64,000 nt of DNA from a bacterium (GTDB lineage Bacteria > Zhuqueibacterota > Zhuqueibacteria > Residuimicrobiales > Krinioviventaceae): the NCBI GenBank assembly GCA_963674595.2, contig CAXXFV010000023.1:736001-800000 (forward strand), written 5' to 3'. Below the pieces are notes generated by a model that had not been told where the DNA came from, did not search any database, and saw nothing but the letters and a program-made list of their open reading frames with translations. Both the position numbers and the translations under genes were made by a program. Of the stretch, positions 1-10,145 are shown in pieces (position 1 is the stretch's first letter; each line of letters begins with the position of its first letter).

Positions 1-176
1 CGGGGCTGTTTTAATGTCAGGATCTTCAACAATGGGTGCTTTCTCATATCCTGTCACTCTCATTTCTCTTTTCTATATACTTTACTACCTGTCGTTAAGC
101 TTTTTTCTATCGTTCCGCAGAACAAAAGCCAGGCACAAATTCTAATTTCATCCGAGCAAGGATATCCCCCCAAATT

Positions 177-1811
177 ATGTCCATTACTAAAAAGGCTAAG
201 AGCAAAAAATCCGGCAACCGCCACATTCCTTTATCAGTTTGGGGGCTTGTAGCATTAATACTGCTGATCGGGGTCTGGCTTTATGCAACTGGACACAGAG
301 TTCACTGGCCCGGCTTTATTTCCATCATGGTTTTCTATCTGCTTATCTTCTACCTGGGTTGTTTTGCTTCCAGAAAATATTCGAGTGGAAATATCGATGA
401 TTTGATGCTTGCGGGACGGAAACTCCCCCTGGGCTTAGCCGTCTTTACAATGAGCGCCACCTGGGTCGGGGGCGGATACATTAATGGAAGCGCGGAATAT
501 GCCTATTCCAATGGCCTGGCATGGGTCCAGGCACCCTGGGGTTACTCCTTAAGCCTCATAATAGGAGGTCTTCTCTTTGCGGCTCCAATGCGGCGCAGAG
601 GTTACAGAACAATGCTTGATCCGCTGCAGCAGCGCTTCGGGAAAAAAGTATCTTCTATCCTCTTCTTACCTGCAGTTACCGGTGAACTCTTCTGGTCAGG
701 GGCAATCCTAGTAGCTTTAAGCACAACTTTTGCCACGGTGTTAAATCTGGATAACCGTACATCCATCATAATTTCTGCAGTCATAGTAATCGCTTACACC
801 GTGATCGGCGGACTGTGGGCAGTTGCCCTGACGGACACAGTCCAGCTGGTGCTTATTTTTGCCGGACTCTGGCTGGTTATTCCATCGGCACTGCCACATG
901 TCGGGGGAATGAAAAAACTCCTGGCTGACTATGGAGCATCAACCGGATCCCTGGGAGGATTGCTGCCTCCATGGGACTGGAGGAGCGATCCAAACTGGGG
1001 CAACTATTTCTGGAACTGGCTGGATTACATGCTCCTTTTAGCACTGGGAGGGATACCCTGGCAGATCTATTTCCAAAGGGTACTGGCAGCAAAATCAGCC
1101 TCAGTAGCGAGAATCCTTTCTATTCTAGCTGCTTTTGTGTGTTTCGCGGCTGCAATCCCAGCTATCTTAATCGGCATGATAGGACACCAGATACCATGGG
1201 GAACCGGAATCTATCCTGCAGCACCGGAAAACGCCGCCAGTATTCTGCCCTATGTCATTCAGTACTGCACAAATCCGGCAGTAGCCGCAATCGGGTTGGG
1301 CGCAGTCGCTGCTGCCGTAATGTCATCAATGGATTCATCTATCCTGTCAGCAGCCTCCATGAGCACCTGGAATGTGTACAGGCCGGCCAGGCACAACACT
1401 CCTTCACCCAAGGAAATGAAGACGGTTCTGCATACCTGCATAGTTGTTATAGGAATAGCAGCCGCACTTATGGCTTTAAAAATTCAGAGTGTTTACGAAT
1501 TATGGATCCTGTGCAGTGACTTTGTTTACTGCATCCTCTTTGCCCAGCTGCTTTGCGCGGTGTATGACAAAAAAGCTAACAAAATTGGCTCTATTGCCGG
1601 CATTGCAGTGTCTTTTATCCTCAGGTTCGGCGGCGGTGAAACTGCCCTGGGTATCCCCAGGTTGATTCCTTACCCCATGATAGCTGAAGACGGAGCGGTC
1701 CTATTCCCCTTTCGTACTCTTTCCATGGTTGCAGGACTGATTACGATTATCGCGGTTTCCCGGCTGACACAAAAACGGTGCCCGCCTTCCAGCCTCTCTT
1801 CCGTTGAATAA
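177..1811 (+). CDS. Sodium:solute symporter (SSS/SLC5), high-affinity choline transporter-like
   Basis: 544 aa, highly hydrophobic; SSS motifs TMSATWVGGGYING, TMLDPLQQRFG, GGIPWQIYFQRVL, AAVMSSMDSSILS. Confidence 0.85.
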   Translation: MSITKKAKSKKSGNRHIPLSVWGLVALILLIGVWLYATGHRVHWPGFISIMVFYLLIFYLGCFASRKYSSGNIDDLMLAGRKLPLGLAVFTMSATWVGGGYINGSAEYAYSNGLAWVQAPWGYSLSLIIGGLLFAAPMRRRGYRTMLDPLQQRFGKKVSSILFLPAVTGELFWSGAILVALSTTFATVLNLDNRTSIIISAVIVIAYTVIGGLWAVALTDTVQLVLIFAGLWLVIPSALPHVGGMKKLLADYGASTGSLGGLLPPWDWRSDPNWGNYFWNWLDYMLLLALGGIPWQIYFQRVLAAKSASVARILSILAAFVCFAAAIPAILIGMIGHQIPWGTGIYPAAPENAASILPYVIQYCTNPAVAAIGLGAVAAAVMSSMDSSILSAASMSTWNVYRPARHNTPSPKEMKTVLHTCIVVIGIAAALMALKIQSVYELWILCSDFVYCILFAQLLCAVYDKKANKIGSIAGIAVSFILRFGGGETALGIPRLIPYPMIAEDGAVLFPFRTLSMVAGLITIIAVSRLTQKRCPPSSLSSVE

Positions 1812-1842
1812 ATCCGGGAATGGCCGTCACATGACAAGACCA

Positions 1843-1963
1843 AAATCGTCAATCATCAATTAAATTGTGTCGCCCTTCCAGGGCTGGGAAACGTCCCCCG
1901 TAGATGCCGGGGGACCAGAAACTGGCAGTTTCCGACCACGGGTGTCAATCGTCAATCGTCAAT
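1843..1963. repeat. TCGTCAA (TTGACGA on minus strand) heptamer repeats flanking a GC-rich hairpin-forming spacer
   Basis: aaatcgtcaatcatcaat at 1843-1860; gtcaatcgtcaatcgtcaat at 1944-1963, overlapping the stop of the minus-strand gene. Confidence 0.65.
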
Positions 1964-3364
1964 GGATTTGGCTTTTTCCAGGGCCTGGGTTGTCGTGAAA
2001 TATTTAACCTTCATGTTGGATTCTTCCCATTCAGGCAGAGCGCCCTGCTCCAGATAACCGAGGTACCTTTTCATTACCTGAGCAAAATGGGCTTCGTGGC
2101 CTATGCGAAATTCATCCGGAATGGTGATATGCCATCCGTTCGCGGTTTCGCTGCATTCTACGCCGGGATAATTTTTCTGGATACCTTCCACCGCCCCGAC
2201 CAGGGCTGATTCCACTGCTGCTTTTTCAATACCTTCAGCGGGTTCAACAAAAAGTTCAGCCTTGTAAGCCTGGTCAGCACCCTGGCGAATAATAATATTC
2301 GCCTTGGATCCTCTCATGATGGAGTAATGGGTATCAGCGGCGCCTTCGGGAGCCTGGAAATTCCATTTAACAATTGCCTGGCTGTGTATGCCCTTCAGCT
2401 TATAGTCAATCTGCCCGTTGGCATAACAAAGCAATTCACCTCTTTCGTTAAGACTGCCTCGGAGATACTCCGGAAACTCTGCAACACCGGTAACTTTTTC
2501 GAATTGTTCCCGGCTGATCACGGTAGGCCAGCGTTTGGCGCTGACAATCTCAATATCATTATCAGTAATGGCCTGTTCCGGAAAAGCCTCCCACATAATC
2601 AGGTCCAGCAAATGGTTGGTAACATCAACGATTCCTTCACCCTGCTGGGTTGTATCAAAAGCCCAGGCTGGTCTTTGCAGAGGTTTTCCGCTGACATACT
2701 TAAAAAAGTGATGGACACTTTCTTTTACAATGGCGGGCTCTTCGAGGCTGCCCTGAACCAGGGTTCCGGACACCTCAGGAGTATGAGCCAGCTCTTTCTG
2801 CAGGATGGTCGTTATTTCAGACCGCTCCGTCATGATATCGTAGATAAGTACATTGTTCTTTTTGGCTGAATCGAAGGCTGCCAACAGAGTTTCATATCCC
2901 TCGGTGTTAATGCACATGGGTTTGTCAGCCAGTACATTCAGCCCCGCGTCTACACATGCCTTAATGTACTCGGCTTTCTTTTTATTATTGCCCGCCAACA
3001 CCACAAGATTACCTTTTTTATCGGCCAGCATTTTTTCGAAAAAGTCATCCCCGGTATATACTTCCTCTTGCCAGGAAGTAGGATTTTCCTTTTGAGAATT
3101 GAATCCTTCAATTAGCTTAAGGTGAGCATCAAGTTCAAATCCGGCTGGTGCGTATACGTGAACAACAGGACTGATCTGCGGATACATCAATTTCTGAACC
3201 AGGGCCGCATGAAAATGGCCAGGGTCCAGGGTGACTAACCTGATTGAAGCTTCTCCCCCTTCTTTCATTGAACCATCCGGCGACGCCTTCTCAGCAATGT
3301 CACATCCGGTACTTCCAATTAACAGGCAGGCAGCCATCCCCCACATTACCAACATCTTTTTCAT
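1952..3364 (-). CDS. Gfo/Idh/MocA-like oxidoreductase with C-terminal oxidoreductase domain, probable lipoprotein
   Basis: LDPGHFHAALVQK, NVLADKPM, DIMTER, GHEAHF motifs; start moved to ATG 3364 (AGGA upstream, signal peptide ending STGC). Confidence 0.75.
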   Translation of the reverse strand: MKKMLVMWGMAACLLIGSTGCDIAEKASPDGSMKEGGEASIRLVTLDPGHFHAALVQKLMYPQISPVVHVYAPAGFELDAHLKLIEGFNSQKENPTSWQEEVYTGDDFFEKMLADKKGNLVVLAGNNKKKAEYIKACVDAGLNVLADKPMCINTEGYETLLAAFDSAKKNNVLIYDIMTERSEITTILQKELAHTPEVSGTLVQGSLEEPAIVKESVHHFFKYVSGKPLQRPAWAFDTTQQGEGIVDVTNHLLDLIMWEAFPEQAITDNDIEIVSAKRWPTVISREQFEKVTGVAEFPEYLRGSLNERGELLCYANGQIDYKLKGIHSQAIVKWNFQAPEGAADTHYSIMRGSKANIIIRQGADQAYKAELFVEPAEGIEKAAVESALVGAVEGIQKNYPGVECSETANGWHITIPDEFRIGHEAHFAQVMKRYLGYLEQGALPEWEESNMKVKYFTTTQALEKAKSIDD

Positions 3365-3554
3365 CACTATTGTCCTTCTGAAAATTTCTATTTCCGGTAT
3401 TAAATTCCACAACCCAGCTTTTTCAATCATGAAATTACATTTAATTTTAAAAAATAAATCCGGATTTAAACGATTAATTCAAAACCAGGGAATTTCCCGC
3501 TTCCCCTATCCCAGGATTGTATTTTACCCGAGGTAAAACTATCAAAAAATATCA

Positions 3555-3587
3555 TGGTATCAACAATAACATTATTCTTTGATACCA
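3555..3587 (-). terminator. AT-rich hairpin downstream of nrfA (possible terminator or operator)
   Basis: tggtatcaa...ttgatacca inverted repeat with inner aataa/ttatt; T-rich run follows on the minus strand. Confidence 0.4.
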
Positions 3588-3614
3588 GTGTTGTACCAAT
3601 AGCGCTACCTGTTT

Positions 3615-4907
3615 CTACCTATCCGCCAGCAAAGCGGCGATCTGGGCCTGGCGGGCAAGATTCATTGAATCTCCCAGGATGCGGGCAGCCTCCTGCGGAC
3701 TGTGGAAACCAGTGCTGTTTTCTGAGGAGACAAAATCCCAGCGCATTGAAGCCTTTCGCTGCAGCTTCAGGGCTTCAGCCAGATCCTCATCTGAAGCTCC
3801 ATCTGCCCTGGCTCCCACGATAGCGTCAATCGCATCAACGATTGCTTCTTCAGATGACCTCAGCAGACTGGCGGTCTTGTGCTGGATTTCCAGTATCCTT
3901 CCCTTAAGTTCCTCTTCATCCCACTGGTGACATGTCTGGCATGAATGATTAACATTGGTAAGCGGGCTGCGGACCCAGTGGTCAGACACCTTCACGCTTC
4001 CCTCCCTGATATAGGGCATGTGGCAGTCAGCACAGGACACTCCGGAACGGGCATGAATTGAACTGCTCCACATTTCAAACTCCGAATGCTGCATCTTCAG
4101 CATCGGTGCCCCGGTTTCTTTATGGGTCCAGTCAGAAAAATTAATTTCATCGTAATACTCATCAATATTGTCTATGCTTAAACCCTTGGTCCAGGGAAAC
4201 GTTAATAATTTGTCCTCGCCCTTGAAATAGTATTCAACGTGGCACTGCGCGCAGACATACGTCCTCATTTCCTGGCGGGTAGCCTTATTCAGATCAATGC
4301 CTCTCGCCTCCATGGCGTTCTTGAATGCGGGCCTGGTAACACGAAGGTCCATGGTTACGGGATCATGGCAATCCGCGCAGGATGATCCGGTTTTCAGGCT
4401 GGATTTCAGTTCATTATAGGGAGTGTGGTTAAAAGCAGGCCATCCCATTTCTTCAATTAATGCCGGTACTTCGGCAGCGTGACAGTTGGCGCATGCTCCA
4501 GGCTGATCAACTATCTTGGTCCTCTGGGTATTTAACTGATCAATCAAAGCGTAATAATGGCCGCGTTCTTCGTTATGATCCACCGCGAAGGAATAGCCGG
4601 CCCAGATACGCTTCATAGCCGGGACTTTTTCCAGTTTACTGTAAGGGGTAGAGCCGCCGTATTCAGTACTGCCGTAATCAATCTCGGTCTTTACAAAGGA
4701 GTCATACTCCATCGGGAAATTGCGCCCCCACACCTCGGGATTAATTTCACCCTCAGCGATCTCCACCACGTTCAGCGGATACTGGAAGGCCTCCTCCTTG
4801 CGCGCCTGAATGTTAAAAAGAAGAGCCAGAATGGCAATAGTTACAGCTCCGGCACCTGCAAAGGCGGCTACATAAACAAGTCGCATCCATACTGATTTGC
4901 TCTTCAT
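3615..4907 (-). CDS. nrfA: Ammonia-forming cytochrome c nitrite reductase, catalytic subunit c552
   Basis: Five heme motifs CANCH, CADCH, CAQCHVEYYF, CADCH, CQTCH; KMQH motif; SENSTGFH; N-terminal TM; start set at ATG 4907. Confidence 0.93.
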   Translation of the reverse strand: MKSKSVWMRLVYVAAFAGAGAVTIAILALLFNIQARKEEAFQYPLNVVEIAEGEINPEVWGRNFPMEYDSFVKTEIDYGSTEYGGSTPYSKLEKVPAMKRIWAGYSFAVDHNEERGHYYALIDQLNTQRTKIVDQPGACANCHAAEVPALIEEMGWPAFNHTPYNELKSSLKTGSSCADCHDPVTMDLRVTRPAFKNAMEARGIDLNKATRQEMRTYVCAQCHVEYYFKGEDKLLTFPWTKGLSIDNIDEYYDEINFSDWTHKETGAPMLKMQHSEFEMWSSSIHARSGVSCADCHMPYIREGSVKVSDHWVRSPLTNVNHSCQTCHQWDEEELKGRILEIQHKTASLLRSSEEAIVDAIDAIVGARADGASDEDLAEALKLQRKASMRWDFVSSENSTGFHSPQEAARILGDSMNLARQAQIAALLADR

Positions 4908-4920
4908 TAACAAATCCTTC

Positions 4921-5397
4921 CTATTTTTTCCTGTTGTGCCCGACATGGCTGTGACAAAACAGGCAGTCGGCATTCTCCCCGCCAGTCCCGGCACCCATGC
5001 GCCCAACCATGTCCTGATGACAGCTGATACATTTGTTTTGAACTATATCTTTATTAAATCCCTTGATCCGCAAAGGTTCCGGGAAATTACCGGTAGTAAA
5101 GGCAGCGCTGTGATTCCATCCGTTAATGGCTTTTACCGTATATTTACCAAAAAAATCGTGAGGAGTATGGCAGTCATTACAGGTAGCTGCAGCATGATGG
5201 CTCGTGCGGGCCCAGGCATCAAAATGCTCTCTCATGATGTGGCAGTTTTTGCAGGCAACAGGGTCATCCTGCAGATAGGAAGTACCCTGCGCGTAGTAAA
5301 AGGTATATCCGGACAAGCCGAATACGGCACCCAAACATAGCGACAGAATCAGGAGTGCCCAATGAATTGATCCTGATCCGTGTTTACTTATGCCCAC
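4921..5397 (-). CDS. nrfH: Cytochrome c nitrite reductase small subunit (NapC/NirT family tetraheme)
   Basis: N-terminal TM, SYLQDDPVACKNCH, CNDCH, CISCH, CLFCH...VGH; immediately upstream of nrfA. Confidence 0.93.
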   Translation of the reverse strand: MGISKHGSGSIHWALLILSLCLGAVFGLSGYTFYYAQGTSYLQDDPVACKNCHIMREHFDAWARTSHHAAATCNDCHTPHDFFGKYTVKAINGWNHSAAFTTGNFPEPLRIKGFNKDIVQNKCISCHQDMVGRMGAGTGGENADCLFCHSHVGHNRKK

Positions 5398-5845
5398 GCC
5401 ATATCCCCTCTGGCTATATAACCTACAAAACTATTGAGCGCCTGCTTCTAAATTTATATTAAAAAAACGGATATTGCGAGAAAAAAGTAGTAACTCAGAG
5501 GAATATTACTTTCCCCAGTCCGTTGAACGTTTTCTTCCCCCCCTGTTTGTACGAGTACTGATTCCAGGAGGAAGAATAGAGAATGGAGAGCCAAAGGAAG
5601 AAGCTGTCAACCAGGCCGCCATTTACCAAGTCAAGATAAAATCCTGGGTAGGATGTCCCGGCTGCAAAATGAAGTTAATCCACCGGAATAGCCATACCAT
5701 TGAAGACGAAAACTTCCCGGTGCCGTCTTTTTATGGATTCCTGATTCGAATTCATGTCCTGGCAAATCCCGGCTGTTTCCCGCCCAGACCACTGTCAAAG
5801 AATCCTTGTTTTTAAGGTCCAGGTAAAAACCTTTGCTGAAAAAAT

Positions 5846-6403
5846 TCATACTTTCTTCAGCAGCACGCTATGAGCTCCGCCGATTTCAAGCTGTTTAATC
5901 TGCTGAAAATAATTATTTTCAGCAGTTCTGACAGATGAAGCAAAAACAGATCTTGATACATGGCCGGAAGGCTCCGAAAACAACAGGTTCCCTCCGGGTC
6001 TTAAAACTGTGTATATGTCCCTGAAAAGAGCGTCCTGATCCGGAACTTCGTGGGCGACTGAAAATAATAGAACAAAATCAATTTTGTTAAGGTATTTTTC
6101 CGGACTGATTTTGGGACCGGTAATCAGAAACGGTTCAATTACATCTTCTACTTTTGCCTTTCTGGCTCTTTTTATGAGTGCCCGCAGCATTCCCTCCTGG
6201 ATGTCCGCGCAGATCACCTTTCCTTCAGGACCTACTAAACCGGCCATTGGAATACTGAAGTAACCCATGGCCGAACCATAATCAAGAGCTGTCATTCCCG
6301 GGCTCAGAAATGATCCCAGAATTCTATCGGGATTCTGGCGCAGTTTCCTGAAAGGGCTCAGCAAAAAATAACCTATCCATACTGGACATACTCTCCCAGC
6401 CAT
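5846..6403 (-). CDS. Class I SAM-dependent methyltransferase
   Basis: LDYGSAMG motif I, HEVPD, LRPGG; N-terminal VCPVW. Confidence 0.85.
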   Translation of the reverse strand: MAGRVCPVWIGYFLLSPFRKLRQNPDRILGSFLSPGMTALDYGSAMGYFSIPMAGLVGPEGKVICADIQEGMLRALIKRARKAKVEDVIEPFLITGPKISPEKYLNKIDFVLLFSVAHEVPDQDALFRDIYTVLRPGGNLLFSEPSGHVSRSVFASSVRTAENNYFQQIKQLEIGGAHSVLLKKV

Positions 6404-6450
6404 AATTTTATTTCCTCTGTTTTATGATAGAAAACATCCAGTCCAATCAG

Positions 6451-7053
6451 CTATGCTGCTAATTTTCTACCAAGTTTCCTGGCTTTTTTCTTTGCTTTTT
6501 CCGGCAGCTCCATCTGCTGTTTATTGACCAGCCCCACCCAAAGCACACCTACAGGTTTAGCCCCTAAAAGTTGTGACAGTTTCTTCAAAGCCCCCAAAGC
6601 TCCCGTTAGATACCTGCCAATAATGACAGGGGCGGCTGAAGAAGAAACCAGGACAGCTTTCTTCGTTGTCCCCTTTACTCTTGTTTTAGGAGCCGAAGTA
6701 TTCCAGGGCCAGTAACCATACCCCACGCATCGTTCCATAAATCGCCGGGTCAGGGCATTAACGTTTCCTATGTTCACAGGAGCTCCTATAACAAGAGAAT
6801 CGGCACTTTCAATCTCATCCAGCAGGGAATTCAAGTCATCTTCAATTACGCACCTCCCCCGTTGGGTTCCGGGGATCTGCATGCAGGAGCGGCAGTTAGT
6901 ACAAAACTCGATTTTCTGGTCTTGGAGATATATCTTTTTCGTTTGCACACCCTGCCTTTCAGCTTCCGCCAGTATTTCGGTCACAGCTGAATCCACTATG
7001 TTCCCCTTCCTGTAACTGCCCACGATTCCAATAGCTTTAATCTTGGTGCTCAT
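6451..7053 (-). CDS. Flavodoxin family / iron-sulfur flavoprotein (NADPH-dependent FMN reductase fold)
   Basis: GSYRKGN, CTNCRSC...C Cys cluster, IGAPV, FMER. Confidence 0.82.
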   Translation of the reverse strand: MSTKIKAIGIVGSYRKGNIVDSAVTEILAEAERQGVQTKKIYLQDQKIEFCTNCRSCMQIPGTQRGRCVIEDDLNSLLDEIESADSLVIGAPVNIGNVNALTRRFMERCVGYGYWPWNTSAPKTRVKGTTKKAVLVSSSAAPVIIGRYLTGALGALKKLSQLLGAKPVGVLWVGLVNKQQMELPEKAKKKARKLGRKLAA

Positions 7054-7349
7054 ACTAACCACTCCAGTTTAATAACAGTTTCATATTTTTCTTACACATA
7101 CAGGCTTAGCTCTCCTGGATATCCGGAGAGCTCTTTACTATTTTATATTCTCTAATTAAACTTTCAAATACTCATATTCGTACTATCTTTGGAAGTTAAA
7201 AATAAGTAATCAAACCTACAGTAGAAAAATTCAATTAGTTTATTGCTGAATTCGTTTGTTGTTGTAAACCAGGTTTTCATTTATATCATTTACAGTGTTT
7301 ATTATTTAAAAAGCAATAAAATGCCGAAGCTACAGAAGGAGAGATTCCT

Positions 7350-7745
7350 ATGTTCCTAACCCTGCTCGTCGTTACCTTTTTAATTGCGTTTGTGGTGTCG
7401 TTTATTGTAACGGTAATTTTCAAAAAGCCCTTTAACGCTATCCTGCATCGAATAGTGGATGAAGAAATCGGCCAGGCCTGGTCTAGGTACCTGACATTCG
7501 CCATCTATGTAGTCGGCATCTCCACCGGGGTACGGGTATGGGACCTTGAAAAGTATATTACTCCAGCAAAAGAAAATTCTGAGATCATCCTTCTTAACCT
7601 GGACCGCTGGGTATTGGAAGTCTACCGTACCATCATCGGAACGCTTCAGGGCATCGCCTGGATGCTGCTTGTATTCTTTTTATTCTCACTGATTGCTTAC
7701 GTGATAGTGCGGATCTTTGAAGGCAGGGATTCTCAAGTCAAATAG
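7350..7745 (+). CDS. Hypothetical membrane protein (about 3 TM)
   Basis: 131-aa ORF with AGGAG RBS and three hydrophobic segments. Confidence 0.7.
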   Translation: MFLTLLVVTFLIAFVVSFIVTVIFKKPFNAILHRIVDEEIGQAWSRYLTFAIYVVGISTGVRVWDLEKYITPAKENSEIILLNLDRWVLEVYRTIIGTLQGIAWMLLVFFLFSLIAYVIVRIFEGRDSQVK

Positions 7746-7796
7746 AGAAATGCCTGTCTGCAACGGATGTTGCCATCCGTTCTAACACGCATTTCT
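7746..7796. terminator. Long imperfect hairpin between convergent genes
   Basis: agaaatgc/gcatttct outer stem and aacggatg/catccgtt inner stem with ttgc loop, directly after the stop codon. Confidence 0.45.
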
Positions 7797-7906
7797 ATCC
7801 TAGTCAGGCAGCGAGCCGGCAACTGTCAGAAACTTGCAGGCTGAATATTGGTATTCTGTCGAACAAATAATTCACTACAAAAAAACCAGCGCTTAGAATT
7901 CAAGCC

Positions 7907-8563
7907 TTAAGGCAAATACCCCTTTATCAAGATATGCCTTTCGCTCACCTTTTCCACCTGGAGACTTAGTCCGGCATTTTTCAGCTGCTCCTCAATTTCC
8001 TCCACCGTGAAAGAGGCACACAGGGAATTGTAAAAGTCCAGCTTAAGAATGGGGTCCTCGTCAGGGGAAACATCTTCAACAATCTGCCTGGCTGTCTCCG
8101 CTGATTCCGGCCTGTAAAGATCCATGACGCAGACCAGCGCTCCCGGTTTGGCGAGGCGTTTTGTTTCGTTCCAAAGAACATAAGGATCGGGCAGATGATG
8201 AATCATGTCTTTGCAAAGGACTGCGTCAAAGCTTTTCTCCTCAAAGGCCAGGCCCGGAATATATCCCTGCATCGGACTGACACGGTCCTCCAGGCCCGCG
8301 GCCTGAACTGCCTGTTGAGCCAGCATTATCATTGGCCCGGAACCATCAATGGCGGTAATTTGGATATCGGGGAAGGTTTTTGCCAGCCTGATCGGGACAT
8401 CAGCGGGACCGCACCCGAGATCCAAAACTTTCTGCATACTGCCTGGAAAGCTGACCTGCAGCATGTCGACGTACCACTGATTTGACTGGGAAAAATCCGC
8501 TCTGGCATAGGCTATCGCCTGCTGTTTATCATCCATAATTTCCGGTTCCAGTACTCTCTTCAT
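7907..8563 (-). CDS. Class I SAM-dependent methyltransferase
   Basis: RVLEPEIMDD start, VLDLGCGP, IHHLPDP, KPG, DLYRP. Confidence 0.87.
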   Translation of the reverse strand: MKRVLEPEIMDDKQQAIAYARADFSQSNQWYVDMLQVSFPGSMQKVLDLGCGPADVPIRLAKTFPDIQITAIDGSGPMIMLAQQAVQAAGLEDRVSPMQGYIPGLAFEEKSFDAVLCKDMIHHLPDPYVLWNETKRLAKPGALVCVMDLYRPESAETARQIVEDVSPDEDPILKLDFYNSLCASFTVEEIEEQLKNAGLSLQVEKVSERHILIKGYLP

Positions 8564-8713
8564 CCATATCTCCTTGCCGTATTTATCATAGGCATAAACC
8601 GCCCTATCAGAAGTACCCTGTCCGGTTTGAGAACTTCAAAAAACATCAATCCATTTAATGGTACAGCAAAATCCAGCAGCCAGAGCCAGGTGAGGCATAA
8701 TCCCAAGAATGCG

Positions 8714-10012
8714 CTACTGCCATCTCCGTCCGGGTAACCGGCCCGGAGTAACTGCATCGCTCCCCTCCTCCCAGAGAGTCCTCAACAAAACATCAGGGAC
8801 TCTATTCACCCGGGCAACCGTCTTCTGAGTAGCAGTGATATAGAGCCCGTTTTCCCATATAAAATCCGGATAGCTGATACGAACTTCAGGGTCTTCATCG
8901 TAGAGAACCGCAACCGGTTCACCCCAGTGAATGACTTTGCCTTCCGGGGAATCGTATTCGACTCCGCCCAGCAGGTAAGCCGGGTTTCGACCCTGGTAAT
9001 CACGGCCGCCGTGGTTGTGAAACCAGTAAATATAATGGCCCGCATAAGGCCCTTCTTCAATTTTCCTGACAAAATTGGCGGCACGCGGATGATTCACAAG
9101 TTTTCCACCCGGCTGATAGGTCATAAAAGCGGATTCGGTCCAGCTCCTGCCGTCATCGCGGGAATAGGCGTGACAGGGATGCCCTGCCACAGTGCGGTAT
9201 GTACAAAAAAGGCTCCCGTCTGACAGGCTGGCCAGGTTCATTTCCTCAGCGATTGGGCCTTCAGGGGATTTTAAACCGAAATCACCCTCGGGCAAGGTAT
9301 CCCATTTCAGTTTTTCAAGATTTTGCTCTGTTTCAATATTTCCGCATCGCAGCAGCCAGGATTCACTCTGTTCCAGGAATCCGCGGCCAAACTTTCCGAC
9401 CTTGGAAAATCCGAGATACATGCCTCCTTTATGCCGGATTGGTTTGCCCACACCCCAGAAAAAACGCACTTTCCCCTGGTATGGATTATTCCGGTCAATT
9501 GCCGTCTCCCTGACCGGAATATACCAGCGCTTTTTCGACCAGCTCAACCCGCCATTATCGGAATACTTGAAGGCATATTCTCCCAACGTGTCCACCCGGT
9601 TCCCGCCGCCGATAACCGATCGCATATTTGCGGCATTGCAGGTGTAGAAAACATAGAGTCGCCCATAGCTGGTGAGGTATGGCATAACCCAGGATGCCTC
9701 CGGCCCGTCAGAAGGCTCAATATCAACCAACGGGCTCCAGCTCCTGCCCTGATCATGGCTGCGCGTGGAAACGATGTGCTGCCCATTCTGTCCCTCATTC
9801 CCAGGGGCCGTAGTCATAGTGCAGAGCCAGTTCCCGTCCCCAAGCTGCACAATATAAGGCTGATCGCAGTAGCCCTCTGAGGGAATCTCCCAGCCAGTCT
9901 GGAAATCTACTGGAGGAGGGACCTGGTTAGTCCAGGCAGGCTCTCCTGCCCTGACAAGCAGGCAATTAGTAATAAAAAACAATATGGCAATCAGATTGAG
10001 TTTCAGTTTCAT
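8714..10012 (-). CDS. Secreted sialidase/BNR (Asp-box) repeat protein
   Basis: Signal peptide; Asp-boxes SHDQGRSW, SDNGGLSW, SRDDGRSW; ISYPD; start at ATG 10012 with GGAG RBS. Confidence 0.75.
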   Translation of the reverse strand: MKLKLNLIAILFFITNCLLVRAGEPAWTNQVPPPVDFQTGWEIPSEGYCDQPYIVQLGDGNWLCTMTTAPGNEGQNGQHIVSTRSHDQGRSWSPLVDIEPSDGPEASWVMPYLTSYGRLYVFYTCNAANMRSVIGGGNRVDTLGEYAFKYSDNGGLSWSKKRWYIPVRETAIDRNNPYQGKVRFFWGVGKPIRHKGGMYLGFSKVGKFGRGFLEQSESWLLRCGNIETEQNLEKLKWDTLPEGDFGLKSPEGPIAEEMNLASLSDGSLFCTYRTVAGHPCHAYSRDDGRSWTESAFMTYQPGGKLVNHPRAANFVRKIEEGPYAGHYIYWFHNHGGRDYQGRNPAYLLGGVEYDSPEGKVIHWGEPVAVLYDEDPEVRISYPDFIWENGLYITATQKTVARVNRVPDVLLRTLWEEGSDAVTPGRLPGRRWQ

Positions 10013-10145
10013 GCTGTCTCCGCCGTTAATCATAGCCGCAGGTCTCAGGTGACAGGCTGCGATACCCTGTTAGTGATTACCATTCTATCCTCTGTACTCT
10101 GCATTTTCTTGCCTGAAATAAGAGAAAAGTTGTAAGTTTAAGCTT

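Noticed and set aside
5474-5849. ORFs 5474..5815 (+) and 5631..5849 (-)
   Set aside because: No recognisable motifs or convincing RBS; probably the non-coding nrfH upstream region.
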